Positions 18,560-27,402 of a stretch of DNA of 54,491 nucleotides are shown here, in pieces. This DNA comes from Candidatus Wildermuthbacteria bacterium RIFCSPHIGHO2_02_FULL_45_25 (GTDB lineage: Bacteria > Patescibacteriota > Minisyncoccia > Minisyncoccales > UBA10102), in contig MHTV01000042.1 in NCBI GenBank assembly GCA_001823215.1, positions 1-54,491 of the forward strand. The letters run 5' to 3'. The position numbers and the translations under genes were made by a program. Numbering within the stretch: position 1 is the stretch's first letter; every line of letters begins with the position of its first letter. The notes below the pieces were generated by a model. The model had not been told where the DNA came from. It did no database searches and saw only the letters and a program-made list of their open reading frames with translations.

Positions 18560-19750
18560 TTAAACCTTTCCCCTTTTTAAATATTCTTTGACGTTCTCCG
18601 TCCTCGTTACCTTTCCATGCATTCTTATATCACTAATTCCAGATGGCGAATCACCGTAGGATAATGCATGATAGATGATCCCATCGTTTGATTTTACTCT
18701 TTTATCATTAAAATAGGTGTACAGATTCGCCCGTGAGATTTGGTCATCAAGCATAGAGAACATGGCCATCTCACATAGCCCGAATTCAAATAATTGCTCT
18801 TCCCCATTCGCAGCACGATTATAAAAAACATTATAATCTCTTATAGCGGAAGAAACAAAAAATGGTTTTTGCACAACCTCTGCTGCCACAATTGCTCCAT
18901 TAAACAAAATCTTTACCTCTGTTACTAAATCTTTGTTTACTTGCGATGAAATAACAACGTAGCACACTTCGATCCAATCAAGCATTTCACTGGTCTTCAA
19001 AACAATGGAAACTCCTTCAATATCCTTCATAGATAACTCTAGTTTTCCTAACTTATCTAGCAACAAAGAAATACGCATTCCATCGCGTGAATAGATCGCG
19101 TCAAATAAATATACTCTTTCATTTGGCAATTTCGGGATGGCCAGTAAAAAATGAATCTCAAAATTCGCGAGTGAGCTTAGAAATCCTTGCCCCAATTGCA
19201 AAGCTATCTCGCCAATCTGCAACAAAGGATTCCTTAGAAATGTAATCCACTCATTAAAATCCGAAGGCCTATCTGGAGAAAAGTGCGAGCCACCGTCCTT
19301 GTTCGCAAACCATCCAATAACTTCGCGAACGCTATAATAATGACCCCTGATGCACACAATCTTTTTATCAGGAAACTCCTTAAAATTTATCTGCTGTTGC
19401 GACGGCAATTCTCTAGTAGCACTGACAGGAAAACCACTAATATGCATAGTAACTTCTCCAACTGGCAAGCTAGATTTACTTGTATCCGGCATCATGTATA
19501 ATTTCAATTCTTTATCAAATTTCTCTGCCAATTTTAGCAAAAGTGGATGCGCATCTTTACCTTTCGACTTATCAGTCAGAAGAGCTCTTAACTGACCCGA
19601 CAAGGGAAGGAAATAGTAAATACGATTGTTTCTTAACATATTGCATGAGTCTCGTAGTATCTGAAGAGACCACGACAATTCTATTATTTGCCGGCCTAAC
19701 GATTTTCCGATCTCGCCATATGTCCACTTTTTGTCTGCCTCTCCTCCCAT
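18560..19750 (-). CDS. hypothetical protein (helical N-terminal half, LamG/ConA-like beta-rich C-terminal half)
   Basis: 396-aa ORF tightly coupled to its neighbours (10 nt after the mod stop, 4 nt before the DUF3800 start). No family recognised. The C-terminal half follows a LamG-like pattern (inference). Confidence 0.7.
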   Translation of the reverse strand: MGGEADKKWTYGEIGKSLGRQIIELSWSLQILRDSCNMLRNNRIYYFLPLSGQLRALLTDKSKGKDAHPLLLKLAEKFDKELKLYMMPDTSKSSLPVGEVTMHISGFPVSATRELPSQQQINFKEFPDKKIVCIRGHYYSVREVIGWFANKDGGSHFSPDRPSDFNEWITFLRNPLLQIGEIALQLGQGFLSSLANFEIHFLLAIPKLPNERVYLFDAIYSRDGMRISLLLDKLGKLELSMKDIEGVSIVLKTSEMLDWIEVCYVVISSQVNKDLVTEVKILFNGAIVAAEVVQKPFFVSSAIRDYNVFYNRAANGEEQLFEFGLCEMAMFSMLDDQISRANLYTYFNDKRVKSNDGIIYHALSYGDSPSGISDIRMHGKVTRTENVKEYLKRGKV

Positions 19751-19760
19751 GACTTTAAGA

Positions 19761-21893
19761 TTATATTTTCACTTCAATTACCTTCGTCGTGTCATTCCCG
19801 AAAATATCAACAACCTTTACTGCAAGCTTATACTTGCCCGGAGAAACTTCCTTTTCAGAAGAAGTAAGCTCCAGTTTCTTATCTTTTTTCGTTCTGAAAG
19901 ATTGCCATTCGTTCTCAAAGATATATCCGCCAGTCCATTCCTCTTTTTCTTCTTTCGTTTCTGGATTGATAACTTTTACTATTTCTTTTCTATTCTCAAA
20001 ATCAAAATCCACCGACCAGTAGTCCACCCAGTCAGTCCAGTTTTTAGTCAAAACTTCACGCTCAACAATCTCCGTTTTCTTATCCTTTGAAAGTTTAATA
20101 ACTTGTCCGTTTTCAATCACTACCTTGCTTCCGCCTGGGCGCAGTTTTTCTTCGGTTTCACCGATGTCTTCCTGATTATAGAAAACGCTAAAATCAACAA
20201 GCTCAACCGATACAGTTTTCTTATTTCCTCTGCCTTTTACGATTGGTTTTGCTTCAAGATATGCGACATCATAAAACCGCACTTGTCCTTTCTCCACCGC
20301 CTTTTTATCAAACACTTCCCGTGGGATTTTCTTGAATTGGATGTCCAACCCCTGCTTCTTTGTATCCTCAAAATCCAGCCCCATTTCATAATCAAATCCC
20401 AAGACATCCGCCTTAGTGATTTTCTTTTCCTTACACTCTTTCACGATGTCTTGAATGAGCCCCGAAGTTATAGGTAAATCAATCGAACCGATAGCAACCA
20501 ATCTATCCCTTTTCTTCCCGACAAAAGTATTGAATGACTCCACTGGTTCTGCTTTGTAAGCAGAAAGAATGAGAGCGATGTATTCCTTTTCCTTTTTTGC
20601 CCGAACCTTTCTCTTTTCCTCCTCCCGCAAATCTTTGCTTACATGATTAACATAGTATTCCCGTTCATATTTACCAACATTCAATATCTCAAATGCCCGA
20701 TAGTGTTTACTATCTTTTTTGAGTTGTCTCTGCACCCCAATCATTCGCTTTCTCGTTGTATGAATTCCGAAGCGCCCTAAATCAGACCCAATCCATTTCC
20801 GTCCAAGTTTCTCTGCAACTGCTAGGGTTGTCCCTGAACCACAAAAGAAATCGGCTACGATATCACCTTCGTTTGAAGACGCTTTAATAATTCTTTCCAA
20901 TAAAGATTCGGGTTTTTGCGTGGGGTAACCAACTCTTTGATTATGATCTTGAATAACATAAATATCACTCCACCAATCATTTACAGCTAAATAATCATCT
21001 TCTTCAAGATATTTTCTATATTTTTTACCATCAGAGTGTTTATATTCTTTGTAGAATCCTTTTTCATCTTTTCCAGAAAATTTACTAATTTGCTTTTCGC
21101 CAAAAGGAACGCCTATGTCTTTCGCATTGAAAATAGCTCTGTCTGATTTTGCATAGAACCAAATTGTGTCGTGTTTTCTCTTGTACTGCTTTGGAGATTT
21201 TCCTGTACCTTGGTAACACCAGACTATTTCATTTCTAAGATTATCTGCGCCAAATATTTCATCTAAAACTAATCTCATAAACGCAGTAACTCTATAATCA
21301 CAATGCACATAAATACTCCCCTCATCAGAAAGTAAGTCGTACATAATCTTCAATCTTTCATAAATCATCGCGATAAAACTATCCGCGCCCTTGCCCCATG
21401 TATCTCTATAAGCAACTTCTTCAATCACCGATGGTTGCTTGGTAAAAGATTCATCTCCAATCTCGATATTCATTGAAAAATCCGCACCGACATCAAAAGG
21501 TGGGTCAATGTAGATAAGTTTCAGCCCTCCTTGCGCTTCAATCTCTTTCCTCATGGGACCATTCTTGAGAGAAGAAAGGATGAGTTTGTTGTCTCCCCAA
21601 ATGAGTTTATTCGTCCAATCTTTTATTTGCCTGCCAGAGGAGTCAAAAAGCTCCATTTGTGCCTTTCTTACTTGCTCGCTTCTTGGCTCGTCAATATGTT
21701 CAATTGTTTGGAATGGCAAAACAGTGTTTGCTACTTCATTGGTCTTTCCATTCCACACAAGTTCAACTTCCCGATCATCATCAAAAAGCAAAAATCGGTA
21801 TTTCTCCGGCAATGGTTTGCCAGATTCCAAATACTTCAATATATCCCGCTTTTCGCTGTCTGAAAGATTCATAAAACTGCCCATTTGTTTCAT
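19761..21893 (-). CDS. mod: type III R-M DNA methyltransferase, Mod subunit (beta-class N6A/N4C)
   Basis: Motif IV IYIDPPFDVGADF precedes motif I FFCGSGTTLAVAEKLGRKWIGSD. I place the start at 21893 (or 21884 or 21872) because a minus-strand terminator at 21951-21987 lies inside the longer track ORF. Confidence 0.9.
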   Translation of the reverse strand: MKQMGSFMNLSDSEKRDILKYLESGKPLPEKYRFLLFDDDREVELVWNGKTNEVANTVLPFQTIEHIDEPRSEQVRKAQMELFDSSGRQIKDWTNKLIWGDNKLILSSLKNGPMRKEIEAQGGLKLIYIDPPFDVGADFSMNIEIGDESFTKQPSVIEEVAYRDTWGKGADSFIAMIYERLKIMYDLLSDEGSIYVHCDYRVTAFMRLVLDEIFGADNLRNEIVWCYQGTGKSPKQYKRKHDTIWFYAKSDRAIFNAKDIGVPFGEKQISKFSGKDEKGFYKEYKHSDGKKYRKYLEEDDYLAVNDWWSDIYVIQDHNQRVGYPTQKPESLLERIIKASSNEGDIVADFFCGSGTTLAVAEKLGRKWIGSDLGRFGIHTTRKRMIGVQRQLKKDSKHYRAFEILNVGKYEREYYVNHVSKDLREEEKRKVRAKKEKEYIALILSAYKAEPVESFNTFVGKKRDRLVAIGSIDLPITSGLIQDIVKECKEKKITKADVLGFDYEMGLDFEDTKKQGLDIQFKKIPREVFDKKAVEKGQVRFYDVAYLEAKPIVKGRGNKKTVSVELVDFSVFYNQEDIGETEEKLRPGGSKVVIENGQVIKLSKDKKTEIVEREVLTKNWTDWVDYWSVDFDFENRKEIVKVINPETKEEKEEWTGGYIFENEWQSFRTKKDKKLELTSSEKEVSPGKYKLAVKVVDIFGNDTTKVIEVKI

Positions 21894-21950
21894 TATCCCC
21901 GAAAATCGCTCAAAAATCAACAAACATTTACTCGAAAAAAGAAAAATGAG

Positions 21951-21987
21951 AAAAACAAAACATCTGGTTAGCAAAGCCAACCAGATG
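21951..21987 (-). terminator. rho-independent terminator upstream of mod
   Basis: Minus strand catctggtt-N9-aaccagatg followed by ttttgttttt. Confidence 0.65.
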
Positions 21988-22006
21988 AAATATTTGAAAG
22001 GAATCT

Positions 22007-22228
22007 TCACGTACTTTTCTTCTTTCCCTCCTTCACAAGGCGGTAGCTTATGTAAATCAACAGCATCGCCAGCGCGATTCCTTGCGCCAACAGAACTGCT
22101 TTACCTTCCACCACAGACATCGCCCCGGAAGCAACCTCGTTTACCACCAGGAGCGGCAATATCCCCGTTACATGTATCATCGCCATCCATGGAGGTATCC
22201 GTCCCTCATTGCCAGCACGTTGTTTCAT
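22007..22228 (-). CDS. small two-TM membrane protein
   Basis: 73 aa with two hydrophobic segments, followed by the terminator at 21951-21987. Confidence 0.4.
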   Translation of the reverse strand: MKQRAGNEGRIPPWMAMIHVTGILPLLVVNEVASGAMSVVEGKAVLLAQGIALAMLLIYISYRLVKEGKKKST

Positions 22229-22369
22229 CTCCCACCTCCATTTACGAGCTATAGAATTTATAGCTCAAATAAATCCGGTTGGCAATTTTGCATTTGGATA
22301 AGCATTGCTTGAGTACCGCCAAGAATAAAGGGGGCGAGCATGTTTTCTTCGTTTTTTCCAGACCCTTCG

Positions 22370-22397
22370 TTGACAAACGCGCTCACGCGCATATAAT
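22370..22397 (+). promoter_or_regulatory. consensus sigma70-type promoter
   Basis: TTGACA (22370-22375), 16-nt spacer, TATAAT (22392-22397). GGGAGG lies 6 nt before the ATG at 22430. Confidence 0.7.
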
Positions 22398-22429
22398 GAA
22401 GCAAAATCAAACGCCGCGGGAGGCGAGGT

Positions 22430-22702
22430 ATGGCTACTCCAACTGATTTTCGCCAAATTTCCTGCTCGTATGAGAAATATCTCGAAGCGATTCAAGCCAA
22501 TGGGATTCCTTTGGCGCTCAAAGAAATTTGCGCCGATAGAGATCCTCATTCGCGGGCTGCCGGGTTTGCCGCGCTTTTTCGTATTTCAGATGACAAGAAA
22601 TATCGAGAACGCGCGCAGAGGATTATTGATTGCATTTCCGATCCGGAAATTCGGGCTACTCTGGGCAACCTTCTGCAAGAAAATTCTCTGGCATCCCGGT
22701 AG
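22430..22702 (+). CDS. small helical hypothetical protein
   Basis: 90-aa ORF with a perfect promoter and an SD upstream. Helical-repeat-like composition. Confidence 0.6.
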   Translation: MATPTDFRQISCSYEKYLEAIQANGIPLALKEICADRDPHSRAAGFAALFRISDDKKYRERAQRIIDCISDPEIRATLGNLLQENSLASR

Positions 22703-22787
22703 TCGCGACTTCTCGTTTGCTTCGCATCAAGGGCTTCCCCAAAGGAAGCTCTTACTTTTGAGCAAAAACATCTTCCACTCTTGCTTC

Positions 22788-22816
22788 AAAAAAGCCGCCG
22801 CGGCGCGGCGGCTTTT
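22788..22816. terminator. bidirectional GC-rich hairpin terminator
   Basis: aaaaaa-agccgccg-cggcg-cggcggct-tttt lies between convergent genes. Confidence 0.65.
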
Positions 22817-22829
22817 CTTCAATTCATGC

Positions 22830-23618
22830 TTATCTGATCTCATAAACAAGCGACACGTTCACGGTAACATCGCGAGAACCGGGTTCAATACTGGGAGCAG
22901 GCGCAGCTCCCCCTTTGCCATAATCAGCTTCAGTCATTGAATAATAAGCGTATGGTTGACCCGCCAGTCCGCCCTCGTTAATGGCAAGCAAACGTCCTAA
23001 GCGAAAATCTCCAGCTCGCGCTACTGATTCCGCTTTATCCTGCGCGTTTCTAATCGCTTCTTCTCGAGCTTCATTTTCAAGCGCCGTGGGATCATCCACC
23101 GTAAAAGAGAGTTGGGAAACACTGTTTGCTCCTTTGTCCACAACGCCAGACAGTAAATCTCCAATGACCGAAAAATCGCGCACTTTTACAATCGCCGATT
23201 GCTGAACCGTATAACCCACAATTTCAGGAGGAGGGCAAACCCCGCCGCCGTCTTTCGAAACTTGCTGGGAACAATCGAAATATTGATAACGCGGCGTAAC
23301 AAGATATGCTTGCGTGGCAATATCTTTGGAATCAATGTTCTTTAATTTGAGAAATTCAATTGCGTTATTCATTTTTGTTGTGTTTTCATCCTGGATGGCC
23401 TTTAATGCTTTACCTCCTTCCGTCACAACGCTCAACGAAAACTGCGCGATATCAGGCGCCGAAGTGACCTTTCCCTGTCCTGTAACAGAAAAACTTCTTG
23501 TCGAAGACGGATCAATCGCCTTTGAATAGGTCTGCGCGTAAGAAACCAGCGCGAACGCGCCAGCCAAAAGCGCAATAGTAGCCGCCGCCCAGAACGCATT
23601 TTTTAAATAGCTATTCAT
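22830..23618 (-). CDS. SIMPL-domain (DUF541) periplasmic protein
   Basis: Signal peptide, then FSVTGQGKVTSAPDIAQFSLSV... and a C-terminal IEPGSRDVTVNVSLVYEI, as in SIMPL/26-kDa periplasmic immunogenic proteins. Confidence 0.85.
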   Translation of the reverse strand: MNSYLKNAFWAAATIALLAGAFALVSYAQTYSKAIDPSSTRSFSVTGQGKVTSAPDIAQFSLSVVTEGGKALKAIQDENTTKMNNAIEFLKLKNIDSKDIATQAYLVTPRYQYFDCSQQVSKDGGGVCPPPEIVGYTVQQSAIVKVRDFSVIGDLLSGVVDKGANSVSQLSFTVDDPTALENEAREEAIRNAQDKAESVARAGDFRLGRLLAINEGGLAGQPYAYYSMTEADYGKGGAAPAPSIEPGSRDVTVNVSLVYEIR

Positions 23619-23734
23619 ATTCTTTCGTTTGTATTATGATTTTATTATAGCATTTTCCAACATCTATGAAAGCATCCAAGAAAATGGCGGGGTTCGGGGA
23701 ACTCCGCCATTTTTACGCCAGAGGAAGCGCAGAA

Positions 23735-24145
23735 CTACACGTTTCTCGAAAACATCCAAAGAAACGTCTCCAGGAAATTCATCTCGGCATCGTCAGGCAG
23801 CTTCCGTTCCATCAACGTTTGCACAGTTTTCTGGAGACGGCTTACCAACGTCTGAATATTCCCTTCGCCGCCAGGATGACACAATAAAATACTTGTCATC
23901 GTCCGCGACGCAACCAACTCATTTCCCTCGAATGGGCCAGAATTGGGACTAATTGCTTTCGTTATCCCTTTCTGCGTATCGCGGAGAAATTTATTAAAAC
24001 TGTTCAGTGTCCTTATGTCCGGCTCGGCAATGTTTTTTGTTCGCTTTGCTTGCAGCAGCACCTTAAGCATTGCCTCCGCGAGCGTCTTGTAGAAACTCTT
24101 ATAGGGTGGCTCAATGTCCAACCATGGCACCCGATACTGTGTCAT
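23735..24145 (-). CDS. hypothetical protein
   Basis: 136-aa ORF with no recognisable motifs. Confidence 0.45.
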   Translation of the reverse strand: MTQYRVPWLDIEPPYKSFYKTLAEAMLKVLLQAKRTKNIAEPDIRTLNSFNKFLRDTQKGITKAISPNSGPFEGNELVASRTMTSILLCHPGGEGNIQTLVSRLQKTVQTLMERKLPDDAEMNFLETFLWMFSRNV

Positions 24146-24195
24146 CGCCAGTTCCTCCTTTTCATATTTTCCCCTGTAATTATTCTAATTCAGAA

Positions 24196-24768
24196 CTATC
24201 GTTTTGACAACTCAATATGCTCCACAAGGTTATACCTTATTCCCCTTGGCTGCGGTTTGCTTGACATAATATCAAACCCCTGAACCTGAAATTCGATTTT
24301 CATTTCCTCTTGAATTTGGGGCAGTTCTTCCAATTCCATTCGAGCGAGCGCGGCAACATTCAATCGCGCAAGAGTCGCATGAGGAGAAAATTCCTGCTTT
24401 CCCGCTTTGACATTCAAGCCGGAGAAACCCGCAATACCTGTTTCAATATCTTTTCGCAAGTCGGCCAGTTCCTGCGAAGCATGTATGATTGCCCAAATCA
24501 TCCGCGGCTCTTCTTGACTTGGTCCGTACTGGATACCAGAAACCGCAAGTTCAAAAGAAGCATGCCTCTTCCCGATTTGCCGCATTGCGCTTGTAAGCGC
24601 TTCCAGTTCTTGTTCGGAGGTATTCCCCAAAAACAAAAGCGTAAGATGCAAATTTTCTTTGCTTGTCCAGCGAGCAGGCAATTCCGGCCATTTTTCTTTG
24701 TATGCCAACAACGTATCTATGACATTGTCTGGCAAATCAATCGAGATGAATATTCGATAGAGTTTCAT
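24196..24768 (-). CDS. thpR: RNA 2',3'-cyclic phosphodiesterase (2H family, LigT/ThpR)
   Basis: Two HxTx motifs (HLTLLFLG and HATLAR) at the expected spacing in a 190-aa protein. Confidence 0.88.
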   Translation of the reverse strand: MKLYRIFISIDLPDNVIDTLLAYKEKWPELPARWTSKENLHLTLLFLGNTSEQELEALTSAMRQIGKRHASFELAVSGIQYGPSQEEPRMIWAIIHASQELADLRKDIETGIAGFSGLNVKAGKQEFSPHATLARLNVAALARMELEELPQIQEEMKIEFQVQGFDIMSSKPQPRGIRYNLVEHIELSKR

Positions 24769-24954
24769 ATAAAAATTTTACCATTCCGCCCATGAAATGA
24801 AAGCGCCCCACTTGGCGGGACGCTTATCTTGATGTTACCTCCGTAATGGGCTACGGATCATGAGAATCATCGGCCGATGAGTTGAAACCGCATAAACTAT
24901 CGCTTCCTTTGCAAATCTTGGAAATAAAACAAACTTTGAGATAGAATAAGGATA

Positions 24955-25644
24955 ATGAAAAAAAGTTCGAGAACCAATAAGGAGCTGTCCGCGATATTTT
25001 CCCATATCGCAGAGCTTTTAGATATCAATAGCGTCCCCTTTAAGCCGGCCTCGTATCGGCGGGCCGCAAAGATTTTAGAACAAATGGGGCAAGAAGTACG
25101 AGATGTCTATGCTCAAAAAGGCACAGCCGGTCTCAAGGAAATCCCTGGCATTGGAGAAAGTATGGCATCGAAAATCGAAGAATTTCTTACCAAGAAAAAA
25201 ATAGCGGTTTATGAGGAATTGAAAGAGAAAACCGCCGTGCGCGAAGTTGTTACCCATTTTTTCCAAACCAAAGGGCTTTCGCTCGCAAAACTCAAAAAAG
25301 ACGCGCGGAAACACAACATTGTCTATGCGCGATATACTGCTCCCGCAAAACAATTGCTCGAATTGGCCGGATCCGTGCCAAAAGCAAAAGAGACCATAAG
25401 CATTGTCGCTGACTGGGCAAATTCAAGGAAACTGGATTATTCGATTGAAACCGTTTTCAAAAAATGGCTGGAGATGGATCGCCTCAAACCCAAAGAAATC
25501 GTGAAAAAACCCTTTTATGAAAATAACCCAATGGTTTGGTCGGAGGCAAAGAAGAAATGGTTTGTGGTAACTCCTCATGGCGAATGGCTGGAGTTTGCCG
25601 ATAGCGAATCAAAAATCGAATGGAAAATTCCCGAAGAAAAATAA
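24955..25644 (+). CDS. protein with PolX-type N-terminal helix-hairpin-helix (8-kDa-like) domain and unknown C-terminal domain
   Basis: Residues about 10-85 parallel the N-terminus of the PolX at 37135-38904 (FKPxxYRRAA..., KEIPGIGESMASKIEEFL versus QKIPGVGKGIAFHIEQLL). No polymerase palm or PHP domain is present. Confidence 0.7.
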   Translation: MKKSSRTNKELSAIFSHIAELLDINSVPFKPASYRRAAKILEQMGQEVRDVYAQKGTAGLKEIPGIGESMASKIEEFLTKKKIAVYEELKEKTAVREVVTHFFQTKGLSLAKLKKDARKHNIVYARYTAPAKQLLELAGSVPKAKETISIVADWANSRKLDYSIETVFKKWLEMDRLKPKEIVKKPFYENNPMVWSEAKKKWFVVTPHGEWLEFADSESKIEWKIPEEK

Positions 25645-25772
25645 AAGGGCGACGGCATATTCCCCAACAGCCGGCGCCCTCAAGGAGAAAGACATACATG
25701 CAAGGAGCATAATCACTGGTTGTAATTCTCTGCGTTGCAACGCATGCCTTACTATATAGTGTAGAGATTTCT

Positions 25773-26783
25773 ATGCGTACTCGTCAATACTCCCCATCTC
25801 TCATATTTTTTGGAACATCCGAATTTGGAGCGATCGTTCTTGAAAAACTTGTGGAACATCATTTCCGTCCGGTTTTGGTTGTAACCACTCCGGATCGTCC
25901 TGCCGGCCGCGGACAAAAACTTGCCATGCCGCCGGTAAAGACCGCCGCCCTTGCGCACCGCATTTCTCTTGCGCAACCTGAAAAAATAGCTGACATTCGC
26001 GAGGACATTCACAAACTCCAGCCCGATCTGATCATTCTGGCCGCGTACGGCAAGTTCCTTCCGCCAAGCATTCTTTCGCTTTCCAAATTCGGACCGTTAA
26101 ACGTTCATCCCTCACTCTTGCCCAAATTTCGCGGCCCCTCGCCGATTCAGTCTGCCATTCTCGAAGAAGTGGACACAACCGGCGTAAGTATTATGCTGAT
26201 GGACGAAGAAATTGACCACGGCCCTCTCATTGCTCAAGAACCATTCTCACTTTTCAATAGGGAGTTTCGAGACGGAAAAGGAAAGCCAACCTATGCGGAG
26301 CTTCACGATCAACTGGCTCAACAAGGAGGCAACTTGCTCGCAGATACAATTCCCAAATGGATGAGCCAGCAGATTCAACCCCAGGAGCAAAACCATGCTC
26401 AAGCCACGCTTACCAAACGGTTTACCAAAGAAGATGGACATATTGACTGGAAAAGCCCCGCAGGATATATAGAAAGGCAGGTGCGCGCGTTTCAACCATG
26501 GCCCGGCGCATTTGGGCAAATGGCTCTCAAGCATCAAAAAGCAAATCTGGCAAGCACAGAGCAAAAACCAAAAATTCTTAAAATCCTCCGCGCAAACACC
26601 AGGGAATACGACCGCGCAAAGCAGCCAGGGCTGACCTTTCGCGCAGATGACGGAAGCATTGAAATTCAAACAGGGAAAGGAATGCTTGCTGTCCAGGAGA
26701 TTCAACTCGAAGGGAAAAAGAGCGCTCATGCCCGCGATTTCCTTCTGGGATATCCAGACATTATCGGAACCATACTCACCTAA
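25773..26783 (+). CDS. fmt: methionyl-tRNA formyltransferase
   Basis: FFGTSEFG N-terminus, HPSLLPKFRGPSPIQSAIL catalytic motif, and a C-terminal Fmt domain. Confidence 0.93.
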   Translation: MRTRQYSPSLIFFGTSEFGAIVLEKLVEHHFRPVLVVTTPDRPAGRGQKLAMPPVKTAALAHRISLAQPEKIADIREDIHKLQPDLIILAAYGKFLPPSILSLSKFGPLNVHPSLLPKFRGPSPIQSAILEEVDTTGVSIMLMDEEIDHGPLIAQEPFSLFNREFRDGKGKPTYAELHDQLAQQGGNLLADTIPKWMSQQIQPQEQNHAQATLTKRFTKEDGHIDWKSPAGYIERQVRAFQPWPGAFGQMALKHQKANLASTEQKPKILKILRANTREYDRAKQPGLTFRADDGSIEIQTGKGMLAVQEIQLEGKKSAHARDFLLGYPDIIGTILT

Positions 26784-26797
26784 TATTTCAAAAACTT

Positions 26798-27373
26798 ATG
26801 CTTACATATTACGATCTCCGCAAAGGAGTGCAATTTATCTACGAAGACCAACCTTATGAAGTGCTCGAATTCCGCCAGATGGGAAAATCGCAAGATGTGG
26901 TCGTGGCGCAAACCAAAATCCGCAATCTTATCACAGGAAAAATCATTCCAAAAAACTTTCACCAGAACGAGCGTTTTGAGGAAGCCGACCTTCAAAAATT
27001 CGAGGCGAAGTTTATTTATGTCAACCGCGGCAAATATGTGTTCGCTTATAAAGAGAACCCGGGGAAACGATTTGAGCTCACGGCAGATCAACTTGGATAC
27101 TCCTCAAATTTCTTAAAAGCAAACATGGAAGTAACCGGAGTCATTTTTGACGAGAAAATTATCAACATCTCCTTGCCCATTAAAGTTCAGCTCAAGGTTA
27201 CCGACTCCCCTCCTGGCGTGAAAGGAGACCGATCGCAGGGCGGCACCAAAGCCGCAACTCTTGAAAGCGGAGTAACCATTCAAGTGCCATTATTCGTCCA
27301 AAACGATGACATTGTCGAAGTAAATACCGAAACAGGCGAGTACGTCCGGCGATTGGAAAAACGAGGGGCTTAA
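26798..27373 (+). CDS. efp: elongation factor P
   Basis: 191 aa with the three-domain EF-P pattern (YYDLRKGV..., loop QMGKSQ, C-terminal OB domains). Confidence 0.95.
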   Translation: MLTYYDLRKGVQFIYEDQPYEVLEFRQMGKSQDVVVAQTKIRNLITGKIIPKNFHQNERFEEADLQKFEAKFIYVNRGKYVFAYKENPGKRFELTADQLGYSSNFLKANMEVTGVIFDEKIINISLPIKVQLKVTDSPPGVKGDRSQGGTKAATLESGVTIQVPLFVQNDDIVEVNTETGEYVRRLEKRGA

Positions 27374-27402
27374 CAACAACACGTTTTACGCTATACTAAA
27401 AT

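Noticed and set aside
21894-22010. N-terminal extension of the Mod ORF (MKIPFKYFIWLALL...).
   Set aside because: It contains a minus-strand hairpin plus T-run terminator (21951-21987), and its sequence is hydrophobic junk unlike Mod N-termini.
22265-22549. 94-aa minus-strand ORF.
   Set aside because: It overlaps the consensus promoter, SD and 5' end of the plus-strand gene 22430-22702. It is Arg-rich with no support.
24310-24795. 161-aa plus-strand ORF.
   Set aside because: It is antisense to thpR, which carries both HxTx motifs.
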